A stretch of 64,000 bases of DNA, taken from assembly GCA_046313635.1 (NCBI GenBank), contig JBKBYA010000006.1, positions 166,385 through 230,384 on the forward strand, written 5' to 3'. Numbering within the stretch: the first letter of the stretch is position 1; every line of letters begins with the position of its first letter. Below the pieces are notes generated by a model that saw only the letters and a program-made list of their open reading frames with translations, had not been told where the DNA came from and ran no database searches. This document shows positions 29,724-39,076 of the stretch, in pieces. This DNA comes from Pyrinomonadaceae bacterium. Its GTDB lineage: Bacteria; Acidobacteriota; Blastocatellia; Pyrinomonadales; Pyrinomonadaceae. A program made the position numbers and the translations under genes.

Positions 29724-30025
29724 GTGCAGGTCGCGGAGTTCATCAACTACCTCTTCCGTCCGGCGGTGATCAAGTTGTGTAAGGCTCTTGGAGCAAACAC
29801 GACGGCGGCGGATGCGACGCGTATGTTCACGTTCAACATCGCACTTGCCGATCCGCTTGTGAGCCGACCTCTGACGCAGACGTCTGTAAACATCCAGGCC
29901 GGACACTGTGTGTTCCTGAACGGTCCGTTCGCGCCGGTCCCGGCGTTCGATCCGACCATCGGAACGTTCAACGTCAACACGCGGCTGATCATCACCGAGG
30001 TCGTCTCAACGGGCTTTACTCAGGC
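29724..30025 (+). pseudogene. Probable fragment of a beta-rich surface protein gene
   Basis: About 95 protein-like residues (VIKLCK...FTFNI...AGHCVFL...IITEVV) that decay into non-coding-like sequence; no convincing start. Confidence 0.4.
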
Positions 30026-30122
30026 GCATGCAGCTCGCAGACGCCGGCGACGGCCACCTTCGGCTCGCCGGGTGATGTCCTTATGCCGTTCTAAGCCTTT
30101 CTCGAACGACGCTCTCTTAACC

Positions 30123-30169
30123 AAAAGGAAGCGCGGACCCTCTCGGATCCGCGCTTCCTTTTATTTTTT
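30123..30169. terminator. Bidirectional intrinsic terminator
   Basis: aaaaggaagcgcgga-N-tccgcgcttcctttt followed by a T tract. Confidence 0.8.
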
Positions 30170-30271
30170 CTTGCGCGTGTTTTGCGAAACTGTTCTTTTG
30201 ATGTCGAGATCTGCGCGACCTGCGAGAAGATCCGATCTGCGAAGGATAAGGGCAAAACTTGCAAAACGAGA

Positions 30272-30316
30272 TGGTGGTCCCGGCTGGATTCGAACCAGCG
30301 GCCTTCCGCTTAGGAG
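30272..30316 (-). repeat. att site: duplicated 3' 45 nt of tRNA-Arg(CCT)
   Basis: tggtggtcccggctggattcgaaccagcggccttccgcttaggag is identical to 34307-34351. Confidence 0.95.
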
Positions 30317-30458
30317 TTGGAAGGCGCGATTTGGCTTCGGCTGGATGCGGCTGGATAAGCCCGTGTTTATTGGTCTCTCGCCCGCCGGGTATCTGGCTCG
30401 CGCCGGATGGTTTTGGCTTATTGGACGATAGATAGTCCAATCTATCGTCCAACGGCTT

Positions 30459-31745
30459 TTACCGTTCGAGGTCGGCTTTCAATTCCCGCCGTGCTCGCTC
30501 GCGAGCTCTCGAGACGGCCCGCCGAAGCATCTTCTCTTGGAATGCCGAGTCGCGCTCTTTCTGATAGCCGGGGTCCTTAATGGTCTGCTGGACTTCCTCG
30601 TATATCGCCTTCAGCGCCGCTCGCCGGTACTCGTCCAATCTCTCAAAGTCGAGCTCGCGCTTTACGCCGCCGCGAAGGGTCACGTCGTCGCCGACATCCG
30701 GCGTCGAGATGCCGAATCGTGAAAACTCGGACCGCACCTCGTCCGGCATCGGATAGTGCCCGAGAATCTTCGCTCCGCGTTTCTCAAGCCGTTGCTGAAG
30801 CTCAGGCGTGAGCGTGCCGTTGATTTCCGCTTCCTTCATTTTCTTCGCCGCCATCGGCAACAGGAGTTCCCGTTCGGCCGGCGTTGCCGCCTCAAGCACT
30901 TTCGCAAACCAATCGAGCTTGAGCCCTTCCGCCTTGTCCTCAAGCAGCGTCTTCGTCCGGGCTGACAGGATGCCCTTCACCTGCCGGTCGGTCACACTGT
31001 CGGCCTGCTCCTGCGTGATCTGGCCGGCGCGTACCGCGTCGTTGAGAGCTTGCCGCGGGTCAATGTCCTCGCCCTTTCGTATCCGCGCCCGGAGGTCGGT
31101 TTTGATCTTTCGCAGAGCCGGGGCGTCGGCATCGTCACGGCTGGCCAATCCCCACCGCTCGGCCTTGGCGGCGAGCTTTTCCGCCTCTGTCTCGGGACGT
31201 TCCGGCCGGTCGGGATAATTGCCGGTGCCGACGCCGAAGATCATCGCCGGGACGCTGCGCGCCACGCCCGCCGCGCCGCCGTTCTTGTGCGCCTCGAAAA
31301 TGTCGCTCAGCAGCAGTGGCGTCAGTCGCGAGTAGATCGCCTTGCCCGGTTTGTACCACTTATCGCCCCACAGCTCGGTCGGTTCGCCAACGTAGTCGGT
31401 CCCGAATCCGATATCGACGGCGAGTGACGCGATCGGGTCGAGCTTGCCGCGCACGAATCGTCCGGCCGTGTCGCTGATATCCCAACCGAATTCGCCCGGT
31501 AGGCGGTTATCAAAACCAGCCTTGGTGCGAATAGCGGAATGCACAAGTTTAATGATCGCCTTGGCGGGTTGCAGCGTCCCGGCAAACAGGTCGTATTTCG
31601 TGTTGCCGACCTTGATCTTCAGAAAGTCGTCGTCGTCGTCGTCCCAATTTACGCCGATGTTGACGCCGGTAAGAGCCCCGAACAGTGTCGCCGCCCCAAG
31701 GGCTGCTGCCGTCGTGCCGTAAAAACGGAGCGCCTTGCGGGCTTG
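30459..31745 (-). pseudogene. 5'-truncated C-terminal part of a large polyvalent (phage-type) protein
   Basis: The frame stays protein-like for 67 codons upstream of the called GTG (QARKALRFYG...NWDDDDDDFLKIKVGNTKYDLFAG) with no start codon; resemblance to C-termini of giant phage proteins is from recall. Confidence 0.6.
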
Positions 31746-32402
31746 AGAAGTACCGCAACCACCCGCAGGCGAAGGGCGGGAGGGAAGTGAACTCCGACAT
31801 AGCGAAAGAGCTTTTCGATGAATATCAGTTCGACCCGCTCGCTCGCGTGTCCGCGGTCCACGAGGCCAGCAGCATTATCGCCGCGATATTCTTCCGGCAG
31901 CAGCTACGCAAGATCGAACCAAACTCACCGGTTCTGCTACTCGCGGGCGGCGGCGGAAGCGGCAAAGGCTTCACGCTCAAAAACGTCATATCCGAACCGT
32001 TCCCGCTTATCTTCGACGGCGTGATGAAGTCGGACAAGGGGAACAAGGAACTTACCGACCTCATCGTTGAGGCCGGACACCGCCCGCGGATCGTCGCGGT
32101 AGCGACCCCGGCCCGCATCGCCGCGCAGCAGAACGTTCGCCGCTCCATCGCCAGCCGCCGCCTTGTGCCGTTCGGCCCGATCAGCAAGGGGCACGCCGGT
32201 TTCCGCGAGGCATTTACGGGCGAAACGCTCAAGTACGCCGCTCAGCAGGGCGTCAAAGTGACGTTCCTTTACAACGGCGGAAAAGAAGATAAAGACGGCC
32301 CCCGCGAGATGTCTGCCGACGAGTTCCGCGATTTCGTGTATAATAAGGACTCGGACGAACCGGGCACGATCAGCGTCGCCGACACGATCCGGGAAGCTTC
32401 CT

Positions 32403-32591
32403 ATGAAGAATTCAAGCGCGGAGAATACGAGGGACGTACTTTCGATGCCCGACTTCGGGACGCGTTCGACGGACGGCCCGTTGAAGCCATTGACACCCGA
32501 GCAACAAGCTCAGACAGAAAGGGAGATGGCCGAGATAGTGCCGCAGATGATCGACGCGATGAGGAAGGACAACGAAGAAGCTCCGGCGTAA
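32403..32591 (+). CDS. Candidate nested small ORF in the +1 frame of the polyvalent gene
   Basis: 62 aa (48 aa from ATG 32445, which follows GAGGGA); helical C-terminus LTPEQQAQTEREMAEIVPQMIDAMRK; TATAAT at 32339. Confidence 0.4.
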   Translation: MKNSSAENTRDVLSMPDFGTRSTDGPLKPLTPEQQAQTEREMAEIVPQMIDAMRKDNEEAPA

Positions 32592-33442
32592 GCCCGCCAA
32601 ACTCGGCGGCCGAGGGCGAGACCACCCAAAATCTACCCGACCACACAGAACTTAGCGGCTCTTTAGGCATTCCACGCTCGGAAATGCCGCAGATCAGCTC
32701 CGCCGACTACGCCGAATTTGAGCAGTATTTGGCCGACAACGGCGTAACGATCACCGAGGAAACCGCGCCCGCGGCCGATCTTCTCCCGACGCAGAACGAA
32801 TACAATCCGCAGCAGGCCGCACAACTGCCGGCGAAAGCTCTGACCAAGCCCCTGCTTGTCTCGAGCGACAACCGCGTGCTCGACGGCCACAATACGCTGG
32901 CGCGCCATAAGGACGCAGGCTCTGAGGCGGTCAACATTCGCCGTCTCAACGTCCCGGCCGGCAAGGCTCTCGATCTGCTGCGCGGATTCCCGAAGGCGAC
33001 CTACAAATCGGTCGATCAGGTCGGCAGCACCGAGGAAGTTGGAGCGAGGCCCAAGTCCAAAGACGACATTTTTGACGAACTTCTCGGCGAGCAGTTCGGC
33101 AAGGATGAGGTCAAGAAGGCGGCGAAAAAGCACGCCAAGAAGGCCGCGCAGGAATCCAAGAAAGCTCTCGACGAGGCAGGGCAGGCACTAAAAGACCTTT
33201 TCGGCGGCAACTTTGCGGCGGCTGGCGGGCTCGCGTTCGACGAAGCGACCTACGCGAAGGCGAAGCCGCACTTCGAGGCCGCTTTCCGTCATTTCAAAGC
33301 AGCCGGTCAGAACACGCGCGAAGCCTTGCGCGCGATCATCAAGTATTTTGCGGAGCAGTTGAAGATGGACGCTCAGACCATTTTCAACATGAAGCCGTAC
33401 ATTATTCAGTACGTCGAAGATATCGAGGCCGGAACAATTGTA

Positions 33443-33471
33443 TTGCCGGAAACGGTAAATCAGGGTATAAC
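33443..33471 (+). promoter_or_regulatory. Sigma70-like internal promoter
   Basis: TTGCCG-N17-TATAAC, ending 11 nt before ATG 33483. Confidence 0.55.
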
Positions 33472-33482
33472 GGGAGAAACCG

Positions 33483-33800
33483 ATGAACAGCAGTCCGAGA
33501 CAGATAGCACCAGCGATAACGGCGATCAGGCCGGAAACGTACGAGCTGATAATGGATTGGGCGAGGCCGCGGACGATCAAGCCGGTAGTGAGGACGCTGC
33601 TGGAGATTTGGCAGAGCGGCAACCCGGAGCGAATGAAGGAGGCGGACAGACAGGGAACGTTGATTCCGTTTCTGAAACGGTTCGAGACGAATCTGGATCA
33701 GGCGCAGGATCTACGAGCGGAGTCGATGGAGTTGGCGACGTTCGAGATACTTCAACTGACGGAAGTTCCTTTAACCCTGCCCCCGGGAATCATCAAATAG
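33483..33800 (+). CDS. Candidate nested ORF (105 aa) in the +1 frame of the polyvalent gene
   Basis: Globular-like composition while the host frame is a D/S/G/E-rich linker; GGAG and promoter-like motif upstream. Confidence 0.6.
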   Translation: MNSSPRQIAPAITAIRPETYELIMDWARPRTIKPVVRTLLEIWQSGNPERMKEADRQGTLIPFLKRFETNLDQAQDLRAESMELATFEILQLTEVPLTLPPGIIK

Positions 33801-34109
33801 ATGATGAGCTGGACTTCCGCTCCTTCTCACCCAAAAAGCGATATAGAGCCAACGTCGACGCGATCCGGCTGCTGAAACAGCTCGAGACGGAGAGCCGCGA
33901 CGCCACGGCCGACGAGCGGCGCGTCCTTGCGCGGTACGTCGGATGGGGCGGCATGCCGCAGGCGTTCGACGAGAACAACGCAAAATGGGCGTCCGAATAC
34001 AACGAGCTTCGCGAGCTTCTCACCGAAGACGAGTATCTCAAAGCCCGACGCAGCACGCAGGACAGCCACTACACTTCCAAAGAGGTTGTTAATGCGATCT
34101 GGAACGGCG

Positions 34110-34292
34110 TCGCATGTCGCTAAAATCACTCGGCACCGACAGGTGCGAACGCTGCGCGATCACTATGTCAATCTCGACATCCTCATCGCGCAGGAGATGG
34201 GCTCGAAATTGAACGAATTTCTCAAAAAACACAGCTCATCGTCCAATCAATCGCCCAATGAAAAAATAGCGGCCTCGCAAAAGGCCGCGTAA
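34110..34292 (+). pseudogene. Tyrosine integrase C-terminal remnant
   Basis: HVAKITRHRQVRTLRDHY fits the second catalytic His...Tyr box; ends 14 nt from the att/tRNA. Confidence 0.65.
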
Positions 34293-34306
34293 CTTATTGA
34301 TTCTAT

Positions 34307-34383
34307 TGGTGGTCCCGGCTGGATTCGAACCAGCGGCCTTCCGCTTAGGAGGCGGACGCTCTATCCAACTGAGCTACGGGACC
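34307..34383 (-). tRNA. tRNA-Arg (CCT)
   Basis: GGTCCCGTAGCTCAGTTGGATAGAGCGTCCGCCTCCTAAGCGGAAGGCCGCTGGTTCGAATCCAGCCGGGACCACCA. Confidence 0.97.
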
Positions 34384-34388
34384 GGAGG

Positions 34389-34518
34389 GATTTTGGATCT
34401 TCGATCTATGATTTTCGATTGACGATCGCCGGATGCCAACTCACGGCCGATCAAATGCTAATACCAACAAACCAAATACGACTCGAAATCGCAAATCGAA
34501 AATCGCAAATCGAAAATT
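34389..34518. repeat. Inverted heptamer arrays (GATTTTS-like / SAAAATC-like)
   Basis: gattttg gatcttc gatctat gattttc ... gcaaatc gaaaatc gcaaatc gaaaatt. Confidence 0.7.
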
Positions 34519-34524
34519 CCCGAC

Positions 34525-35046
34525 CTACTCGTCGTACGCGATCAGCGAGTCGATCTTGTAGCCGTCAAATTTTGCGCGGCCGTTGAGAAAGTTGAGCTCG
34601 ATGACGAATTTCAGCCCGACGACCTCGCCGCCGAGACCTTCGACGAGATCGACGACGGCGCGTGCGGTGCCGCCGGTAGCGAGCAGGTCGTCGACGATCA
34701 AGACGCGATGCCCTTCGCCGATGGCGTCTCGGTGCATCTCGAGCGTGTCTTGGCCGTACTCGAGATCGTACGAGACCGAGACCTTCTCGGCGGGCAGCTT
34801 TTTCGGTTTGCGGACCGGGACAAATCCGGCGCCGATCTTGTATGCGATCGGCGCGGCAAAGATGAATCCGCGAGACTCGACGCCGATCACGGTGTCGACC
34901 TTGTCGTCCTCGCAGATGCCGCACAGCGCATCGATCGTGCCCTTCAGCCCTTGCGGGTCTTTGAGCAGTGTCGTGATGTCATAAAAATTGATGCCCGGCT
35001 TTGGAAAGTCAGGCACCTCGCGGATGAGTCGTCGTAAATGTTCCAT
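34525..35046 (-). CDS. apt: Adenine phosphoribosyltransferase
   Basis: [30 protein letters not shown]. Confidence 0.97.
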   Translation of the reverse strand: MEHLRRLIREVPDFPKPGINFYDITTLLKDPQGLKGTIDALCGICEDDKVDTVIGVESRGFIFAAPIAYKIGAGFVPVRKPKKLPAEKVSVSYDLEYGQDTLEMHRDAIGEGHRVLIVDDLLATGGTARAVVDLVEGLGGEVVGLKFVIELNFLNGRAKFDGYKIDSLIAYDE

Positions 35047-35129
35047 CGGTGGTCAGTGGTCGGCAGTCGGTAGACAGTTTTCGGTAGTCGGATATTCGTT
35101 TCCAGTTTAACTATGCTGACGACCGGCTA

Positions 35130-35405
35130 TCATCTCTCGATCCTGAATGTCGAATAATTCCCTGTCGGCTCCAAAACCGTTTCCTCGAACGCCTCGACCG
35201 ACGAATACGCCGGTCCGGCCTGCAGATCGTTCCTGAATTCGTTAACGGCCCGCTCGGTCCCCTCGGCGTAGGCCTCGACGCTGCCGTCCTCGAGATTGCG
35301 CACATAGCCGCGGACCTGATGCCGCGCCGCCGAGCGCTGCGCAAAGTAGCGAAACCCGACACCTTGTACCAGCCCTTTGATCACGAAACGACGTGCGACA
35401 CGCAT
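35130..35405 (-). CDS. acyP: Acylphosphatase
   Basis: GLVQGVGFR...GYVRNLEDGSVE. Confidence 0.95.
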   Translation of the reverse strand: MRVARRFVIKGLVQGVGFRYFAQRSAARHQVRGYVRNLEDGSVEAYAEGTERAVNEFRNDLQAGPAYSSVEAFEETVLEPTGNYSTFRIER

Positions 35406-35414
35406 TTCAAGATT

Positions 35415-36179
35415 CTAGCCGAGAGCGTCGAGGCAATCCATCAGCGGCCGCTGGCGACAGGTATAAACGGGCATCCCGCGGAGCACGAAGCGGCTCGCGG
35501 CCGTCTCGCGAAGCTCCTCGGCAAGCGCGAGAAAGTCGCGCGGCTCGTCCGTCTCGAAAGAGATCAAATATTCCTTATCGCTAAAGCCGAAGGCGTGCGT
35601 CATATGGATCTTGATGTTAGAGAACTTGCGCCCGACCATATAGTTCTCCTCGATCAGGGCATCGCGCTCCTCGGCCGATTTCTGATACCAGTCGGTGCTC
35701 TTCGAGCAGGGATAAACGAACAGGTATTTCTTTGAGCCGGGCAGTACGTGAAGGCGATCTTCGGTGCCTTCGCTGACAAACATCATCCGCTTGGTGACCG
35801 AGAGATAGTTATCGGCGGTCTCGAGGTAGCTGCCGAGCGCCGTCCGATATAACTTTGCGGTCATATCCTGAATGCGGTCGAGCGATGTGCCGATCCGCCA
35901 AAGCATCAGGTCGGCCTTTGAATCAAATCCGACAAGCGAGTACGCAAAGTTCAGCAGGTCTCGCTGAAAGGCGTCGTACACGTCTCGAAACTCCGCCTTC
36001 GCCTCGTCCTTGGCCTCGGACGAAAGTTTTCGCCATTCGGGAGCGACGCGAAAGAATATGAAATTGACAAACTGTTTCTTCAGATCGGGGAACTGCGCGG
36101 GATCTTTAGGCTCGGGAACGAGACGCAGCCCGCCCTGATCGCCCGCACTTTTCGGTTGGGAATTAACGACATCCATCAT
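35415..36179 (-). CDS. Chlorite dismutase / coproheme decarboxylase-like protein, divergent
   Basis: YSLVG...ADLMLW, YLSVT, YLFVYP..K...WY...ER, AFGFSDKEYLISFETD. Confidence 0.8.
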   Translation of the reverse strand: MMDVVNSQPKSAGDQGGLRLVPEPKDPAQFPDLKKQFVNFIFFRVAPEWRKLSSEAKDEAKAEFRDVYDAFQRDLLNFAYSLVGFDSKADLMLWRIGTSLDRIQDMTAKLYRTALGSYLETADNYLSVTKRMMFVSEGTEDRLHVLPGSKKYLFVYPCSKSTDWYQKSAEERDALIEENYMVGRKFSNIKIHMTHAFGFSDKEYLISFETDEPRDFLALAEELRETAASRFVLRGMPVYTCRQRPLMDCLDALG

Positions 36180-36328
36180 TGCACCTTTTCAGTGAGGATC
36201 AGGCCAAGCCTTCCGGACCGCGGAAAGCTCCCGACCATTTTGCCACTTGCGCAGACGATGTCAAAACTCATCGTACTGCACTGTCGGCAGCGTTTACATT
36301 TTCGAAACGAGGTGACAGAATTGCCCTG

Positions 36329-37198
36329 ATGAAACGGCACGTCGCAGCGATACTCGCATCGATCGTCCTCTCTCTTGCCGCGTCTGCGCAGCAGCGGCCG
36401 CTGATCACCGACGACATCGACATCACCCCCGAAGGCGCGATCGAGGTCGGAGCGGGCGTCGACTTTTTTCAGAACGCCAAGTTCCCTCTGTCGGGACTAA
36501 AGGGCGACCTGACGCGCGTCGGCGACATTCGTCTGAGGACAGGCATTGCTCCGAATGTCGAGCTTCAGATCGAGGGCGTGATACAAGACTTCCTGGCGAT
36601 CAACTCGGCGGGCCCGAGCGCGGTCCCGCTTAATATCGCCGGCAATTCGACCAACGACAACGGTGACTTTATCGTCTCGACAAAGGTCAGGCTCAGAAGC
36701 GAAACGCGCAATCTGCCGGCGGTGGGAATCAAGTTCGGCTACCAAATGCCGAATACCGACCAGGCCCGCGGCATCGGGACAAATCAGATCAACATCTTTG
36801 GCAAGATCATCGTTCAAAAGCGATTCGGCCGGCCGCAGAAGCCGGGCCGGCTGCCGCTTGCGAATATCTACGGCAATCTCGGACTCGGCATTATGACCGC
36901 GCCGCTCGAGCGCTTTACGCAGAACGACGTGTTACTGTACGGCCTGGCCGGGATCTTCAGGCTGACCGACCGCGTCAGTATCGCGAGCGAGGTCAACGGC
37001 CGTCTCAATACGCGCCGCGGGCCGGCACCGCTCGGCACAGAGAGCGTCGGACAGTTCAGGCTCGGGACGCAGGTCCGCGCATCGGGACTGCGATTCGACA
37101 CGGCCGCGGTCTTCGGCCTCACAAAATACAGTCCTCGAACGGGCGTCGTTTTTGGCGTGACGTATCAAACACCCGCCATCTTCAAACCGGCAAAATAA
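36329..37198 (+). CDS. Putative outer-membrane beta-barrel protein
   Basis: Signal peptide, QQRPLITDD start, alternating amphipathic strands. Confidence 0.7.
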   Translation: MKRHVAAILASIVLSLAASAQQRPLITDDIDITPEGAIEVGAGVDFFQNAKFPLSGLKGDLTRVGDIRLRTGIAPNVELQIEGVIQDFLAINSAGPSAVPLNIAGNSTNDNGDFIVSTKVRLRSETRNLPAVGIKFGYQMPNTDQARGIGTNQINIFGKIIVQKRFGRPQKPGRLPLANIYGNLGLGIMTAPLERFTQNDVLLYGLAGIFRLTDRVSIASEVNGRLNTRRGPAPLGTESVGQFRLGTQVRASGLRFDTAAVFGLTKYSPRTGVVFGVTYQTPAIFKPAK

Positions 37199-37257
37199 AA
37201 GCTGTCCACCGCTAACGAGACCCAAACATCAATTAGTAATTTCTAATTGATCAATTA

Positions 37258-38100
37258 TTAATTAACTATTGGAATCCGGCCGGCAAGATGATCGATCGGC
37301 GAATGGCCTCGGCCGAGCATCGGCGCCGAGGCGATCGCGCGGCTGACAAAGCTTTTTGCCTCTGCGACCGCTGTCTCAACTTCGCTGCCGCGTGCGAGCC
37401 CGGCGGCGATCGCCGAGGCAAGCGTACATCCGGTGCCGTGCGTGGCTCGCGTTTTGATAAATTCGGCCTCGAACGTCTCACAGTCGCCGCCTTGTGAAAA
37501 CAAGTGGTCGACCGCCCTTCCCCGCCGCGATTCACGCGCATAGTGCCCGCCCTTGATCAGCACTCGCTCTGCACCCATCGACAGCATCGCCTCGGCCGCG
37601 TGGCGGAGGTCGCGTTGGCTGCGGATCGTCATCCGGGCAATACGCTCGGCCTCCGGGACGTTCGGCGTGACGATCGCCGCCAGCGGAAAGAGCTTTGTCG
37701 TCAGCGAGCGCAGCGCCGCGTCGTCGATCAGATCGTAGCCCGACGTCGAGCGCACGACCGGATCGACGACCAAATGCTTGACCTCGTACTCGGCCAGCAC
37801 TCGAGCGACCGCGGCGATGATCGCTCGCGTCGGCAGCATCCCGGTCTTGACGGCGTCGGCGGCGATGTCGTCCAGCACCGCGCGGGTCTGCCGCTCGACC
37901 GAACTCGCCGACTGATTCACAGCACCGAAAACGCCCTGCGTATTTTGAAACGTGACCGACGTGACGACGGCAGCCCCGTAGCATCTGAAGGCCGCGAAGG
38001 TCTTGATGTCGGCGATGATGCCCGCACCGCCCGACGGGTCGAGTCCCGCGATGCTGAGGCAGACAGGCTGGCCGACGCTCGTCGGCATTGGTTTTTTCAT
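37258..38100 (-). CDS. thiD: Hydroxymethylpyrimidine/phosphomethylpyrimidine kinase
   Basis: IAGLDPSGGAGIIADIK, KTGML, TPNVPEA, HGTGCTL. Confidence 0.95.
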   Translation of the reverse strand: MKKPMPTSVGQPVCLSIAGLDPSGGAGIIADIKTFAAFRCYGAAVVTSVTFQNTQGVFGAVNQSASSVERQTRAVLDDIAADAVKTGMLPTRAIIAAVARVLAEYEVKHLVVDPVVRSTSGYDLIDDAALRSLTTKLFPLAAIVTPNVPEAERIARMTIRSQRDLRHAAEAMLSMGAERVLIKGGHYARESRRGRAVDHLFSQGGDCETFEAEFIKTRATHGTGCTLASAIAAGLARGSEVETAVAEAKSFVSRAIASAPMLGRGHSPIDHLAGRIPIVN

Positions 38101-38723
38101 AAACCTGACTCGCGGGCCGCGGCCTCGATCCCCGCGCGATCGTTGAGCAGCCGGATGGCGGCAAACCCGGCCGCCCCTGAAGCGAGCACGGCGGCGATAT
38201 TTGTCTTGTCCACGCCGCCGAGCGCGAGAACCGGAAATGGACGAACGCGCTCGACCGCCTCTCCGAGCGCCGAAGCGCCGATCGCGGTCTTGCCGGGCGT
38301 AGCGAAAACGGGCCCAAATACCGCAAAATCCGCCGTGCGCGCCGCCGCGTCCAACTCCGCTGCGTTGTGGGTCGAAACGCCGATGATCAGGCCTTCGCCG
38401 AATTGCCGCCTGACCTCGTCGGCCGCGATCGATCTCGTCGTCAAATGCACGCCGTCGCATCCCGCGGCCGCGGCGACGTCGACGCGGTCATTGACGAGCA
38501 CCTTGGTCCGACTCGAGCGCGTCGCCTCGACAGCGCGTCTCGCGAGGTCAAAGAGCCGGCCCGCCCCGATCGAGCGCTCGCGTATCTGCACCATTGCGAT
38601 GCCGCGCCTCGCCGCGAACGCGATCGTATCGATGATGTCTTTCGACTCCGAAGAGTAATTGTCGTCGGTGAGCGTACCGCGGGTGATGAGGTAAATGACG
38701 GGCTTCGAAGTGTCGATCTTCAC
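38097..38723 (-). CDS. thiE: Thiamine-phosphate synthase
   Basis: VQIRE, VNDRVDVA...DGVHL, GVSTH, GPVFATPGK, ALGG. Confidence 0.88.
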   Translation of the reverse strand: MKIDTSKPVIYLITRGTLTDDNYSSESKDIIDTIAFAARRGIAMVQIRERSIGAGRLFDLARRAVEATRSSRTKVLVNDRVDVAAAAGCDGVHLTTRSIAADEVRRQFGEGLIIGVSTHNAAELDAAARTADFAVFGPVFATPGKTAIGASALGEAVERVRPFPVLALGGVDKTNIAAVLASGAAGFAAIRLLNDRAGIEAAARESGL

Positions 38724-39031
38724 CGGCTGACCTTTGCGTCGTCGCGGCGCAGCATCGCGACGCTTTGATCAAAATGCGCGGCTTCCCAAAAGGCGATGAT
38801 CAGATTCACTACGCCGAGCCCCGTCACCGCACCGCGAAACCACGTCGAAGAAACGAGCTCTCTGATCACCGGCGTGCCGGTCTTTTCTGCGATGAATGCG
38901 AGCAGATAATTGTCGCCCCAGTCGCCGATCACGCCAAAGCTCACCCACGGCAGCAGCGTAAGATAGATCCCAAGCAGCAGGCAGAGAACGATAAAAAAAA
39001 TGACGGTCAGTTTTTCAACCATTACCGTCAA
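38720..39031 (-). CDS. Small membrane protein
   Basis: Two TM helices, LPW...WGDNY...RGAVTGLG; overlaps the thiE start. Confidence 0.7.
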   Translation of the reverse strand: MTVMVEKLTVIFFIVLCLLLGIYLTLLPWVSFGVIGDWGDNYLLAFIAEKTGTPVIRELVSSTWFRGAVTGLGVVNLIIAFWEAAHFDQSVAMLRRDDAKVSR

Positions 39032-39076
39032 AAAGTATATGACTCTTTGTAAACGCCAACAACAGCTTCGGCTGTG

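Larger units (their letters stand above)
31742..34123 (+). pseudogene. Internal fragment of a large polyvalent protein: Zeta-toxin-like P-loop, ParB-like domain, start of a DarB-like methylase/helicase module
   Basis: LLAGGGGSGKG P-loop; GIPRSEMPQI...LLVSSDNRVLDGHN; KRYRANVDAIRLLKQLE...LARYVGWGG...ARRSTQDSHYT, cut before the methylase motifs. Confidence 0.75.
30272..34351. mobile_element. Degenerate prophage/integrative element integrated in tRNA-Arg
   Basis: 45-bp att direct repeats, an integrase C-terminal remnant next to the tRNA, and phage-type polyvalent protein fragments. Confidence 0.88.

Noticed and set aside
30272..30316. Second tRNA-Arg gene
   Set aside because: Only the 3' 45 nt are present; it is an att duplication.
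29724..30431. 235-aa ORF as an intact gene
   Set aside because: It reads through a terminator hairpin and the att site; only the first ~95 residues look protein-like.
33927..34292. 121-aa ORF as a complete gene
   Set aside because: The first half is the off-frame reading of the methylase-module fragment; only the part after ~34110 is integrase-like.
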